From contig NMRA01000896.1 of NCBI GenBank assembly GCA_002633005.1, positions 1 to 64,000 on the forward strand: a DNA stretch of 64,000 bases. The letters run 5' to 3'. This document shows positions 49,401 through 62,334 of this stretch, piece by piece. The DNA comes from Phoronis australis. Its lineage: Eukaryota > Animalia > Phoronida. Position 1 is the stretch's first letter. The number at the start of each line of letters is the position of its first letter. Made by a program: the position numbers and the translations under genes. The notes under the pieces are model-generated. The model had not been told where the DNA came from. It searched no databases and saw nothing but the letters and a program-made list of their open reading frames with translations.

Positions 49401-52400
49401 TTCACAAGAACGTCCAAAAACGGAATCCTGTCATTTACAGGAAACTCGTGGGTAAACTTCAATACAGAGTGACGCTCAAGTTCATCACATACTGATAACA
49501 AGGCGTCAATGGCACAATAAACAAAAATATCAACTACATCACGTACATAGATAGGAATATCACCAATCAAATTGCTAGCCCTTTTTTCCACTTCAGACAT
49601 ATAAAATTCCAAGAAAGTAGGACCCAGAGGAGAGCCCATGCTCACACCATCTTTCTGCAAAAACAATTTCCCATTTATATGGCGAAATGGTACTTTGGTT
49701 GTGCAGATGGTTAACAGCTCTCTCATATGAGTTGGTGAAATGTCGGTTGGCTCTAAATGTGGGTGACGGTATACACTATCCAAAATGATAGTAATGGTCT
49801 CATCCACCGCTACGTTGGTGAACAAAGACTCAGCGTCAAGCGACATAGGTTGATAATGGGGGGATGGCACTTGTGTGCGCAAAATGTCAATGAAATCCTC
49901 ACGACATTCAACGGAGTAACGGCTCTGAATGTACGACTTTATGATGTTATCAAGATGCTTCGCTGTCTTGTACGTAGGCGTCAGGACTTGGGATATTATC
50001 GGCCGTAGAGGAACATCTTGTTTGTGTATTTTGGGATTACCATAGAGATAACCTTCGGAGTAGTCACCTTCGATTTCGAAGAAAATGCGAAACATTGTTA
50101 TAGGAACCTTCGTAGATTGGACTGACAATAAGCAGCCATGGTCCGCTATTGTTTTAGAGTGAACGCAACAACGAGAATTTTATAACTGAAAACGACTTGT
50201 AATTTATCACTCCCAATCTACCTCGTATTAAGTTCTTAAGGGACCCCCATAACTTTGGTCGTCACTAAATTTACAGACACATTCCATTCTCGACAAAATT
50301 CATCTATATTAAACCATAGGTCTTTCAGTTTAACTGACGAGTCAGCACATAATTTGGATGCTAGGCAAAGTTGGAACGGGAGACTCCGTATGCTCTCAAC
50401 CACTAGGTTAGGCTCCGGCAGTGATCTGCTGTGACACCACAGCACACTGAAGAGGGAGCCACCTCGCATGAATAACTAGGAGCTGATCGGCGAGCTGTGA
50501 GCCTCATAGACTATCAAGTGAAATGTTCTCAGCGTACAGCGAGACAAATGCCCACTAACCTGTAAGCCTAGTAACGCCTCGCGGGATAAAGTCCTCAGTT
50601 CATGAACGTGAATTATGCGGCGAGCTCATTGTCTTTGGAACACCCCCAGCGTCGTCACCTTCTCACGGGTCTCAGTTTCCCGCGACACGTTACGAGTCCT
50701 CGAAGCGCGTCAGAGATGACCCGAAATGTAATTCTCAAATATGTGACCAATAAGCATGCGCGCACCCAGCCTTTAATATGGGGGGGGGGCTCGAATTTCT
50801 GGCGATGTGGACCTTTCGCTGACAAAAAAGCGGCAGGACTAAAAATAAAAAAACGGGGCTTCAAAACTGTGTGTCTGGACCTTTTTAGTGGACTTTTGTC
50901 TCGTTTTCTCGGACGTAAGGTTTCTCTGAGGCGGACCTTTTTGCCCACTTCGCCAATTGGGGGAGGGGGGGGGCCTCCATGGGTGNNNNNNNNNNNNNNN
51001 NNNNNNNNNGGGGGGGGGGCCTCCATGGGTGCGAGCAATGACGCATAGTTTCGATGTCAGTCAGTTTACACCCCAACTGACCCGACATCTGACTAGCCTA
51101 AAAGGCCGGGTCATCAGCCATCCCACTTTGCATTTGACGAATAAGGGACACTCGCATTAATTAAATAAATCACAATCCACATCTGTGGAGTGTAGCATCC
51201 TGCTAAAGTACAATGGTGGCTTCTGCGTTTGAATAGCATGTACAGTCAAAAATGTTATAAACGAAAGACTGTTTATCCAACTAAACGAGGGCAATGCTGT
51301 GAGTGACGAAGACTAGTTGACTGTGACCTTGGAGTGATTTTCACAATGCTGTGCCAACAGTTGTTGAGTCCTTGTAGGTTCTATGTGCTTGATCAGTAAA
51401 GATGTATTGGAAGGTAATATAGTCTTGCTCAGTGGTGACAGCGTATGCTACAAGTTGTTTTTAGCTGTGAGAAAGTAGTGGCGTGTTATTGTTTGTTTTT
51501 AAATAACTAAAAAGTAAAACGCATCAGTGACGCGTCAGCGTGTTAGAAATGACTCGTCACGTGTCAGAAAGGACCCGTCACAAGGTGACGCAAGTGGCGT
51601 TCCATAATTGTCAACCTAAGCGTGTCATGTGGCCCTAACAGTTGCCTCACTCCCGGCCTCTATTATCGTTAGAATCTCGTGGGGGTGAACATCCGCTGGT
51701 ATCTGGTTCTACATTGGTCAACCAAGGACGAAGTCAATCGGTGTATTTAAACCATCGGAACATGAAAACCATGCTTTTGCAACTTGAGTCACAATCCAGA
51801 TGATAAACGCGGTTTGTTTGAAATCGTCGATTTCTAGGCGTGTTGTTTACAGCTCTACGTGATCTGAATCCTGGACCAGACGTTCTCGCCACCTGGTGAA
51901 CGGAAAAGTTCCAGCTGACTGATTGGAGCGCCCTCTAAGAACTTCACTGACGTCACTTTGCTGCGCGTGAACTTGGAATCTTGCTTAATCTCAAGGTCAC
52001 GAACTTGGAATACACGAGGAAACTTGACAAGTTCACTCAAATAATCACGTTCCTGTCTATAAAATTTGCAATCCACTTGATTGAATTACAAGTTGATAAA
52101 ATAACGCAAATTTTAACCAATACTTTTTTAACTATCGGCGATCTTAATCACCAAATATTAATTGATTTAACCATTCACACATTCCTCCTATTTTTTGACA
52201 CATGTTACGCTAAAGGAGATTGTGTGGCCAATAATTACAAAAATTCTTTACACACAACAAAAATATCACCTGATTGCCCAAATGATGATTCAATTCCAAG
52301 TTCACACATACGCAATCTTGAGATTAAGCAGGTTTCCAAGTTCACGCACAGCAACTTTACAGAATGCAAAGGTCATCCCATTTGCAAAAATCGACCAGCC

Positions 52401-55400
52401 AGACTTGACGACAGTTGGCGAACGCCGGTAAAGCAATACCATGAAGGATGGAATAGCTGTTAACAAAAAATGAAAAGGAGCTTTTAGTGTTCAGAAAGCG
52501 GCGAGTCGATGAATCTAATGGAATATTACTGTGGCTGGGAAAAACATGCTAATTTATTTTTCCTAATTATTCCCGTGCCCGAGTTATAGCTCGGGCGCTC
52601 GATTTATAAGTCGGGCGCTTGAATTAGGAAAAAGTAGACTAGTATGTACTTTCCCAGCCACCGTAGAATATTGAATTCGGCTGCCGTATTTTCTGGCCGT
52701 AGCCTGGGTGCTCTCTTCTTCATTGAAACGCATCTGTAGAATTTCACGATGTTACAACAGGGGACTTAGTAGTTTGAGGTCGACTCAAAAAGGCAAAATT
52801 GCTAAAAGAGGGCTCAACAGTTGTCGGATCGGTCCGAAAGTCCTGTCTTCGTTAACAAGAACACATCTCGTAAAGAATTTGCTCTAGACACTGAGGCAGT
52901 CACAACAGAATAAAACATCCGTTTGAGTGGAAGGGGGCATAGCAGTAATCGGATTCGTCGTGAAACGAAAGTTCACCATACTCTCCTCACCAAAACATAT
53001 CTGTAAAGATTCACAACTATACTTCACCGAACTTTTATCCACTTTGATTCTCGTAATTAGCACATTCCTTAATTTTACACTAAGTTATGCGAGACCCTAG
53101 AAAAATGGCTAACTTCAGAGCATCTTATTTCAATCATGACTGATCGAATTCAATTGAAACTTTCAGATAATGTAATTCATGGGCTATTCATTAAAACTCT
53201 ATTAGGAAATATTTTTAAATTGTCCCACTTTGGCACAAGGGCTATCAAAAATTGATTCTTTTGGATTAGGAATTTTATGAAAAAAATGCATCGAACGCAA
53301 ACAAAAGGTTAATTTCAAAATCTGTAACAGTGTTTTTGAGATTTCGTCTCGATGATTTACGACAAACGTAATTTGGTCATGTCACTGACACTGTACCTTT
53401 TCTATGACCGCACCTTTATTTTTTGCACCAAAAAGACAAGGTCAGGTGACCGGCCGATCAAGATAAAATCAGAAGTCAAATTCTGCGGGGATTCTACTTT
53501 TCCATGATATGGAGGTTTAAATAACCAAATTCTATACCTTTGTAGACATTTCTTCCACCTTAAAGTCCCACATTACACAAGCACCCCGTGTAAAAGAAGT
53601 GCACCGTTATATCTGCGAAGTAGATAAAAATGGTGCGTAGCTTGGCGCAATAACTGACAGCTGTCTCCCCATTTTCAGATGCTCTCACTTGCTACTCTTG
53701 TGCTAGCTGTGGTAGCGGTGTTGGAAACGTGGTCGAGTGCTCGTCCATCCTAGGGACTGCTGACTGCATGAAGTCCTTCTATGAACTGGCCGGTAAGTCT
53801 ACAGTGCAACTGTACGTTACTTTTCAATCAACAGATTTGGAGCAGTTCAAGCCAGCCCTATGGTGTCAGCCGTCTGCACTAAGTTTCACAAACGGCTTGT
53901 ATTTCTCACCTGACCCGTGTACATTATCCAATGTGGTATACAAGAAAAAATTAAAATATACAAATCACAGATCTGCATCGAACTTTCAGACTGTGAAGAC
54001 GAGTATTTTTTACAGACGCTTCCAAGTTTCAGGTAAAACCGTACCGTGACAAGTTCTGATATCTTTTTAAAAGGGAACAGTGCATTTATCAGGAGGCGTT
54101 TCTTGGGCAACTTGGTATTAATTATTCACTATAAAAGGTAGGCCTACTTCTATTTTTTGTGAGTTTATTTCTATCAAAAAGAAACTACCAAGTCCTAAAA
54201 TTTGACGCAGTGAAGAAGTTTGGTCCGAATAAGTTATGTTCTATTTCGTCTTCTCCGTTCTGATAATGCACTCAGTGGCCAGGACGAATCTAAATCACCG
54301 TCAAATTTTCCTTCTTGTGTTGTATCTATTCGCACTTTTTGAGTGTACCTTTCAATTAGCGGTGAATTCGGTGAAATCCAGAAGTCTGGTGTTTGAACTG
54401 ACTGACACATTATGGCCACTCAGCAGGCCAACAGTTTAACCTTATCAAGGACACGCTGCATGAATAAAATACAAACTACCAGGAATTTTTACTTGTTACC
54501 GAGGTTCGACACTGTTTGCCAAAGCCCGTAAAGCAGTCGTTCTTTACGACATTGAAAATTTCTGAATGATTTGAACATTATTTCTATTTCCAATAACTGA
54601 TTGTTGTTTTAAAAAATGTTGTTTTTGCATTAAGTTTTGTTATTATAGGGTAAAATAATGGCGAGCGACATCATACTGAACAGTTACGGAACAGGAGTGT
54701 AAGCATTAGGTGTGACTTAATTCAAACAGCAGATTTTCATTTATTAAAGAAAAAACTTCTCAACTTAGGTTGTTTCCTTCAACAAATCATATTTCACAAT
54801 CCTAACCACATATCAAAATCACCAGCAAGTGAAAAGTAGCGGGAGTAATTGTGGTCTAGACGTAGGCGTGCTTTCGAGTCGAATTGCTAATTGTTATATG
54901 AGAGCTAAAATAGTTCGGGGAAACCTTATTTTTTATTTCATAAGAAAACACAATAGGCATCAAAAATGTAAAAATTAACGGTGTAACATTTTAAGTTGAA
55001 GCCAAATCACTAAAACTGGAGGAACTCGAAACCCAGAGCAAACCTTTACTTACTCCGACGTACGAAAATCCGGGAACCGGAAAACACAAACGAAGCAATT
55101 GAAACAGTACATTAAACTGAGATCGTGCATTAGAGGTGACTTTTGAGTAACCCATGTAAATTTCACATTTGTGCCAGAGAGACTAGTGGAAATCAAAGAC
55201 CAAAATAAAAAACAACAAAAGATGGACTAAAATTGTATGTATATGACGAGGTATTTGTTAAGGCATAATTTTTCGTATTAATTGGTTTCAACGTCGTGAA
55301 TCCTTTCATGAACAACATGTAAATCATGACGTTTCTTCGTTTTTACCGGAATATTTTAAAGCACTATTTGTCAGTTGCCATCTTGACATTTTATAATAAA

Positions 55401-55956
55401 ACTAGGAACTCAAAAAAGTGCATATCGAACCACACTGAAACCAGCAATAACCTACAAGGCTTATTCTAAACCTGATCTATTTGAGTGCTCTATTCCTTGC
55501 CGTGGAGTCACTTAGCGCAGTCCGCCAACATCGATCATTCCTGTAATACTAGATAGAAAACTTAAGCTTCATGGTTTGGTAATGTTACAAAAGGATGACG
55601 TAATAGAAAACTATAACAACACAACACCTCCCCGCCTTATTGAGCGAAAGCTTGTCACAACATGCAGGTAAAAATCCACTACTACCAGTGAGTGATCTTT
55701 CTCTTACTGGACTGTGTCAGTGTAGTGAGAATTGAAAAGTTCAAAGGGTATTTTTTATTCTACAGGAACTAAAGTTGTGTCACGCGGCTGTTCTTCCAAG
55801 AAGCCGTGGGACGGTTGCAAGGGAGCTAGCGTTGGCGGCATCGGTGGTACAATTTGTTATTGTACCGGTGACAACTGCAACCCAGCTGCGTCGCCAATGG
55901 CAACTTGGAGCGCCATTTTGTTAGCGGCCCTTTTCGCAGTGTACAACGCCATGTAA
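46489..55956 (+). CDS. Ly6/uPAR (three-finger, quiver/sleepless-like) secreted, probably GPI-anchored protein, 117 aa
   Basis: Exons 46489-46537 (signal peptide), 53679-53792 and 55766-55956; both introns are phase 1. Protein: MKTLAVLVLVICVAASNA-LTCYSCASC...VEC...ADCMKS...VSRGC...DGC...TICYCTGDNCN-PAASPMATWSAILLAALFAVYNAM. It has 10 mature Cys, a CN end motif and a hydrophobic tail. AATAAA lies at ~56222. Confidence 0.88.
48315..50088 (-). mobile_element. Penelope-like retroelement (RT plus GIY-YIG endonuclease), 5'-truncated, in Ly6 intron 1
   Basis: The ORF ending at 48602 has YGNPKIHK, LRPIIS, SLDAESLFTNV, QKDGVSMGSPLGP, IPFLDV, VYHKPT and a C-terminal VVYEFVCP...YIGQT...RLSMH. The flanking 14-bp direct repeat GAAACATTGTTATA sits at 48301-48314 and 50089-50102. 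The RT YVDD site reads DVVD. Confidence 0.93.
48449..48486 (-). ncRNA. Minimal type I hammerhead ribozyme variant in the Penelope pLTR
   Basis: The minus strand reads CAC-TTGAGAA-T-GAAACA-agta-TGTTTC-GAAA-TATT-GTG. Stem I is CAC/GTG, the core is the U3-A8 compensatory variant, stem II is a perfect 6 bp, and AATATT is palindromic. Confidence 0.7.
50756..51040. mobile_element. G-run-rich MITE-like element containing an N gap
   Basis: The ends CATGCGCGCACCCA / TGGGTGCGAGCAATG are imperfect inverted repeats. Confidence 0.45.
52527..52665. mobile_element. 139-bp MITE with TAC(T/G)G termini and 6-bp TSD (IS3EU-like)
   Basis: TACTGTGGCTGGGAAA / TTTCCCAGCCACCGTA, an internal TTTTTCCTAATT / AATTAGGAAAAA pair, and GAATAT on both flanks. 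Confidence 0.75.
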
Positions 55957-58900
55957 ACTACCAACGAACAACCGTTTTGTGAGCTTATCTAGTGTCTTTT
56001 CTTGTCATGCTATAGATCTGCCCTTTGAAATACAGAATGTGTGATCTTTTAAATTCTTCAAAAAAAAAAAATTGTGGTTTATATTGTTTTTTGTCTGTGC
56101 CATTAAATGTTATATCTGATGACATGAGATGTCAAATTATATAATCGAAAACTAATGAGACAACCATCGAGCTTTTGACCACTTTTGTAGGTGCCTGTTT
56201 TGTACGTTTCTCTTTTTATTGAATAAAGACTTTGCAACTCATATATTTGGTCTCACTGTAAAATAAATCTGACACAATTACATTCTTTTGGCCATTACAA
56301 CACCAAATAATTTAGGTTCTCATCTTACCAATGTTGTTTAAAAATTAGACATTCGTTAAACCGAAGTTTATGAAAATAACCGCTGTTATTTGTTTAATTT
56401 TCTACCTTAGCATCTTACATGGGCCATTAAACTCTATCCCTGAAATCCCAATGTCGATCTCACGCTGAAGTGGCTGCGCCGTGCGTGCGTGGAATTTGTC
56501 TACATTAGCTTTTTCCGGTGTTGGTTCCTGCGTATGGTATTTAGTGTCACTAAAACTTTTCGCAACTCAGCCGTTTTTTAACCAAATTTCATGAGTCATA
56601 TCATTAGAAAGGCCTCTATCAGTTCTTGGTGGTGTATGGTTATAACAGAAGCAAAAGATGAATAATTTAATAAATGAATAATTACCATTTTGCATAACTG
56701 ATAGGATTGAAAATAATTTTTAGTTCTGAAGTTTAGAAATAAACTCATTTTCTTCAGAAAGTAAAAATTAGTGAGAGACATTGGAACATATTTTTACGAT
56801 TGTTAAGTTACTAATTTAGTGGAGTCTGAAAGTTTAAGATATTCATAACAAATATACAATGTTATTTTGAAAACCTGTCGCACAGTTGTCACGGTCAACA
56901 GTTGAGAATGAAAAAAAAAACGGACAACTGGATTGAAAAGGGTGACCTCCTGATATAAAGCGAGACATCTGGGTTTAAGCCAAAACGGAAGAGTGAAATT
57001 GTCACCGCAACACACAAAAACGTCCCCATAGTGTTTTTCGTCAAACGGGAGACGTAATACCCAAAAGTGCCTTATAGCTTTTGTTCTTGTAGTCGAATGG
57101 GAAATTGCGGGTGCTGAAACAAAACATGAAACGCAGCAATATTTTTTTTTTAGTCGAACGGGAAAATATGGCTATATCGCGTGGGAAATTACAATACTAT
57201 TAGACCGGGATGCCTGAGGTTTTTCGGCCAAATTTCTTTGATACCAAATTGATCCATGGATATCTCAGTGCTAGGAAATGGCCATCTGGCAGGTTCGCTA
57301 TGGTAGGTGTGGTCAGGAGGCATGAGAATGGCACTAAAAAATTGAGCTCGATTAACTTTTCTTGTTATCGCTTAAAAATACCTTCGACGACTACCACTAA
57401 ATGTACTGTATCAAAATTATCCCCTGCCAGACAATTTCAGTGGTAGAGAACATCCGGTTAGAACTGAGACCAAAAATTAAGGTAGGTAACCCCAAGAGGT
57501 TACCGCAAAAAACTATAAAACTGGTTACAAATTACTCACCATAGACCGAAGTATCATGAATGAACATTGCCAGGCAAATTCAGTTGTGGATTACCCTTGC
57601 CATATATGCCCAAATTTCCGAGTTGAGCTAGCCCAACCCACCAGGTAACTCCACGCGGCACAGCAGTTACATGCCAGACAATTTCAGTGGTGGGGTTCCC
57701 TTGTGAGATAAAAAAAATTGGGTCCTAAAATTGAGCTAGATCTACCCGAGAGGTAGCCGCATAAAATCGGTTGCAAAATATTCAAACTGACCCCATGTTA
57801 TCCAGTCGCAGAGCTCAAGAAGTTAACATCCAGCGAAACTCACACAGGCCAAATTCCCGATTATTCGCGCAGCTTTCGGGATTCTCCCGAATTTCGTTGC
57901 CAATGGTTTACTACCCAGCAATTCTCGGGCTCCCGAGCTTAATTGCTGTTCACATTTCGAAACAACAACTACATTGCCCACGTTTCGAGCACATACAAAT
58001 TACAAATAGCGGCTGGCCTGCCCGAGTATCAGAAGTATCTAAAATCACAACGCTGCAATATACCCGCATACTAGATCATGGATCAACTGAAATGCTTACA
58101 AGTGTCACACATCGTACATATATATTTATATGTATATAATAAACATATTTATTATACGCCTAGTAGTTTTCAGTATCACACTCTGTCCGCACCGGGCTCG
58201 TAAAAGCGGGGGGTAATGGTCAGATATAACGTGTTCGAATTTTGAGAATCACTGAATAAAGGGCATCAAAGAGGTTCTCAAAATACGGGCACTGATACCA
58301 AGGAGTGGGGTACAATAGGAGTGTTTACTTGTGAGTTCGCAGTTATCGCTACTAGCGCCGCCAAGTGGTGAATAAGCAACGGTCAAGTAGGAAGCATGAG
58401 AATAATGGGGAAGGCCGCATTTTGCAGCGCAATGAATTGCGTAAATTCACACACGAAAACACCAGGTTTGAGCAAAATGATCATGTCCTTTCAGAGTGCC
58501 GAAACATTTTTCTATTACCCCATCTAAGCCTCCCATTTTTACGTTTCCACGTCACGGTTTGGTCTGTTGTTACCCCCACTATTTCAGACAGGTTTGACAT
58601 CATAGGAACAATGATATTTTTCACCTTTTAAGCAGTTTAAACCAGGTTACTATGCCGTCATGTGCCAATATGACCGTTGACACAGCGACAGCCCCAGTCG
58701 CAGCCACAGGGCCTCAAATCTGGGGGTCTCCGTAGGTGAAAAATCGACATAATTTTAACGTGCCAGTTGAACCAAGTTAAGCAACACCAGCGCGTCAACG
58801 AAAACTTAGTTCTGTGTGCCAATGATGAGAGGCGCGGCCCTAAAAATATACCTGGATCGACATTTGAGTCCTAGTTTTTTAGTTGACACCAAGACGGTTT

Positions 58901-59015
58901 TGTCTTTATCACAGGCACAGTTAGACAGGACTATTGTTGTGTAGTGTAGTGTAGGCTACCAGTCTTCTATGAGCCTAGTGAGTATGTGGTTTGTTCCTGA
59001 GTCTCTCTGTTTGAG

Positions 59016-59213
59016 GTGCAAGCGCTGGGAGCCGACCTTATGAATGGAGGTGCAGCCTACTTGTCCAAGAACTCCAAGTTATGCTCTCGTCACTTCGAGG
59101 AGTCCATGTTCATGAATGCTCGTATGAAGAATAAGCTTATATGGAATGCAGTGCCAACAATATTTGATGTCCCGAATCCACCAAAAATGAAGATGTCAAA
59201 AAGTTTTCCATAA
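59016..59213 (+). pseudogene. THAP zinc-finger domain fragment (transposase relic or THAP pseudo-exon)
   Basis: ADL...KLCSRHFEESMF...KLIWNAVPTIFDVPNPP is the C-terminal half of a THAP domain. The upstream CKRW motif lies in a different frame, implying a deletion or frameshift. Confidence 0.75.
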
Positions 59214-62200
59214 ATTATATGTATTGTGGCTCTGGAATAGACTTATTTGCATGTCTGATTATCGTCTCACAAAGCAAGTATTTTACTGGGACATCACGTG
59301 TAGAAAAGACAATTGGTCAAAACCAGTTTTTCAAATTTTTACTAAGGTTGATAAGATTGAAACATTTTTGAAAGGTTAGCCTGTGATTTGGAGAGAGCCA
59401 AAGTGAAAGTGATGGATTTTTCAGAGTCTGAACGGAGAGCTACTAGAACCAGTTTGCTTCTTGATGAAAAACACCTCTGTGAGTAAATTAGTTTTCAGCT
59501 TTATTTGTAATGCATTTCTTTGGCGAAAAGAGCTGTTGTTCACTAGTCAATTAATAGAGAGTGAGAAGGCTGGTCAGCTTTTCTTGTTGTCTTGGTGTAT
59601 GTGTTGCCTATTTTGTACGTTTTTGGAGATTGGGATTAATTTAAGCCCCAGTTGTAGCTAGGTAACGGATATGATCTTGTGGTCAGGCTGTAACTTACCT
59701 AAAGTATTTACTGTAATTGATAGCAGGAAAATAAATTTTGGTCTTGTCATTCAAGTCTTTTTAGTTCAGTTTTGTGTGAAGTTGTATGGGTAGTGAATAC
59801 TTTGATTGCTGTTACGTACCTCTTAAATTATTTTATCATGTCATTTTCAACTTTGACTAGTTATGAGTTATGATATACACAATGTTACTACGTTTTGTAA
59901 AATGTGAGCAATTCTACAGATTAGCAGCAGACTTGTAACTGTTGGTGATTATAGTGGGAGAGTGGGGAGTTTACCCTGCATGTCACTAAGAAATAATGGA
60001 ATGTTCTAAAATTATACGTGAGAGTGCACCAGAATGGATTACAATGTTGTGGTACTGATGAATTGCCTTGCTTTCTTCTTCTTACTTGTGGAACACCCAC
60101 TGCATAAAACAGTTGTCTGCATTGCCAATAGCCTGGTGCATTGAATAGGAAACACAAGCGAAATTGACCTAAAGCCAGGATTATGACTGACGGCTTAATT
60201 GACCAATCAGAACGTAGCATTCTTTACACACCTTCGTCTGCGATTCCAAGCCGCCATTTTACCCGACAAACAAAATGTTGTCGCGTAAAAGTTAATTTAG
60301 TCTATAGCTCAAGGAATTGTGTGATAAGAATGGTAAAACGGTGTTGATATGACGTGTGTAATTCTGACAGCCGTCATGTAGCTCGAGAAGAATAACCTGT
60401 CATTTTTTGGGCATCTGCTAAGCGAAGAAGTGATGTCAAGAGGTGTAAACTACCCTGATCAAACTGTGTGAACTGACACATGAGCTTGATTTCTAGAAGT
60501 TTAAGCACAAATATATTTGTTCCAAGATACGCACTTTTCAGTTTGGTGGCTATAGTGTAGGCCTATCTGATTTTGACTCCGGAGTTTCACTCGCCTGGCC
60601 GACTTTGTCTCGGCACCTGATGGATCTCGGCACTAGTCTAGCGGCGGTAGTCTCCGGAAATTGTTGTTTTTAATAGAGACATTTTTATTATTTTTCATTT
60701 ATTTCGACCTAATGGACATCTTTTTTTTTCTTAGCAGAGGTATATACCTCTAGGCTGGCGTTCAACTGAACTTCCCTCCAAAATCGAGAGTCGATCGCAC
60801 GAGGAGGGGCATTGGATTACCGAACTCAAAGCCTTGTTTGAGCAGTTGTCACGAAAAAATAAACAGTTGAGTTACTTTTTGATGAAAACTTCTAGTATAC
60901 ACTTCGCCTGTAGAGTTAGACAGAGCTCACTGGGCAGTTTCTCAACCATGATATTTAGATTTATGAAGATTAAAAAAATTGAGTTATTTTTGTAAATAGC
61001 CATTTTTTTGCCACTACGCCATACGTGCCACAAAACTGAACGTGTGGATAGTAGTACCAGGTAAGAGATGAGATTTACAAAAAGAACATCTCAATGAACC
61101 ATTTCCTCTCCCATGACGAAGAAAGGCTCAACTTACTGAATATCTGTCTGCAAAGCCACTTCAATTTAATAAAGACAATGTGGCTGCTTATAAATGGGGT
61201 TTTGATTATGTTTCTCATGTAATAAGTTGCATTTTCAGATTTCTTGACCACAAAAATGTGTGTGGAGCCATTAAAACTAACATTCTAAGTGACCCAAGAG
61301 CAAAGATACCGAGGAAAATGTATTTTACGGGTGCCATTTTTAAAAATCCAAGATGGCCGCCAAGATGGCCGCCAATAAAATTAAAATTTCTATTCCTTGA
61401 CCAGAGAAATGCAGGTGTAGCCATAAAAACCAACATTCTAAGTGACCCAAAAGTGGAGCTATTGGGCAAAATCAATTTTACCGTCTTACTGTGCTTTTGG
61501 AATTTTGTTTTTGATAACCGTTTTGCTATAAATTTGTATCACATTATTAGAAACTCGTATTTGACCAATTTGAAGTGTTAGCTTTTTGGTTGGGCACAGG
61601 TCGGGGTAAATATTCAAGTTACCAATAGCAAATGGTTAGTTCTAGGATTTCAATAAACATGAAGGGTGTGTTTTACTACAGGTTTCATAGTACATTTTGA
61701 AAGCGATTTAGGTTTGATTATTTAATCATAAAAGTCACTGTCATTTGTGGCTTTGTTATCATTTTTTCTGTGGTGACTTATGAAGATAAAGGACATTGTT
61801 TATTTCTATCTTAACTTTCAATATAATTTGATACCTTAATTTTGGTCATATTTCGTGGTTGTTTTTGCATCGAAATACATTTAGTGGGATATGTAGTGAA
61901 GACAACAGGCATAAAAAAGAATAGTTCTTTTGGAAATATGTTTTATTCACGCCTTGCTAATACCATGATTGATGGCACACTTCGACGACCGATACACTCG
62001 CAAAAGCTGCCGGTGAACTCCTTCTAGGGGAATATGAAGGTAAGTTGTTTCCCCACACTTGTAGGATGACCACGATAGGGCGGAATGTCTCCTCAACTTT
62101 AATCGCTCTGTAGAGTGATGTTGTCATCCACTAACGCCGTGTAGCTCGACAGTGAAGTCGCAGAGGAAGCAAGTTAAACAAAAATTGCTTCTATTGTCCT

Positions 62201-62334
62201 GCAGGATGAAACCTGACGTCGTACATGGCTGCTGCCAAGAATTAACATTCGTTTAGACAACAAATAGCTTATATGGAATGCTTTAACTGGAAGTTCAATG
62301 TTAAATTTATGAGCTCTGACAGAATGCAGTGACG

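Noticed and set aside
50089-50128. N-terminal MSVQSTKVPITMF of the 508-aa Penelope ORF
   Set aside because: It comes from the TSD and flanking host DNA read through by chance, and is not the element's real start.
51981-52463. 160-aa ORF and other 60-150 aa ORFs in introns and intergenic DNA
   Set aside because: They have no recognisable domains, no splice support and non-ATG or low-complexity starts, consistent with chance ORFs.
58352-58368. CTCF-like motifs (TAGCGCCGCCAAGTGG; similar at ~6589, 17869, 42650)
   Set aside because: They are partial matches that are common in repeats and cannot be supported without binding data.
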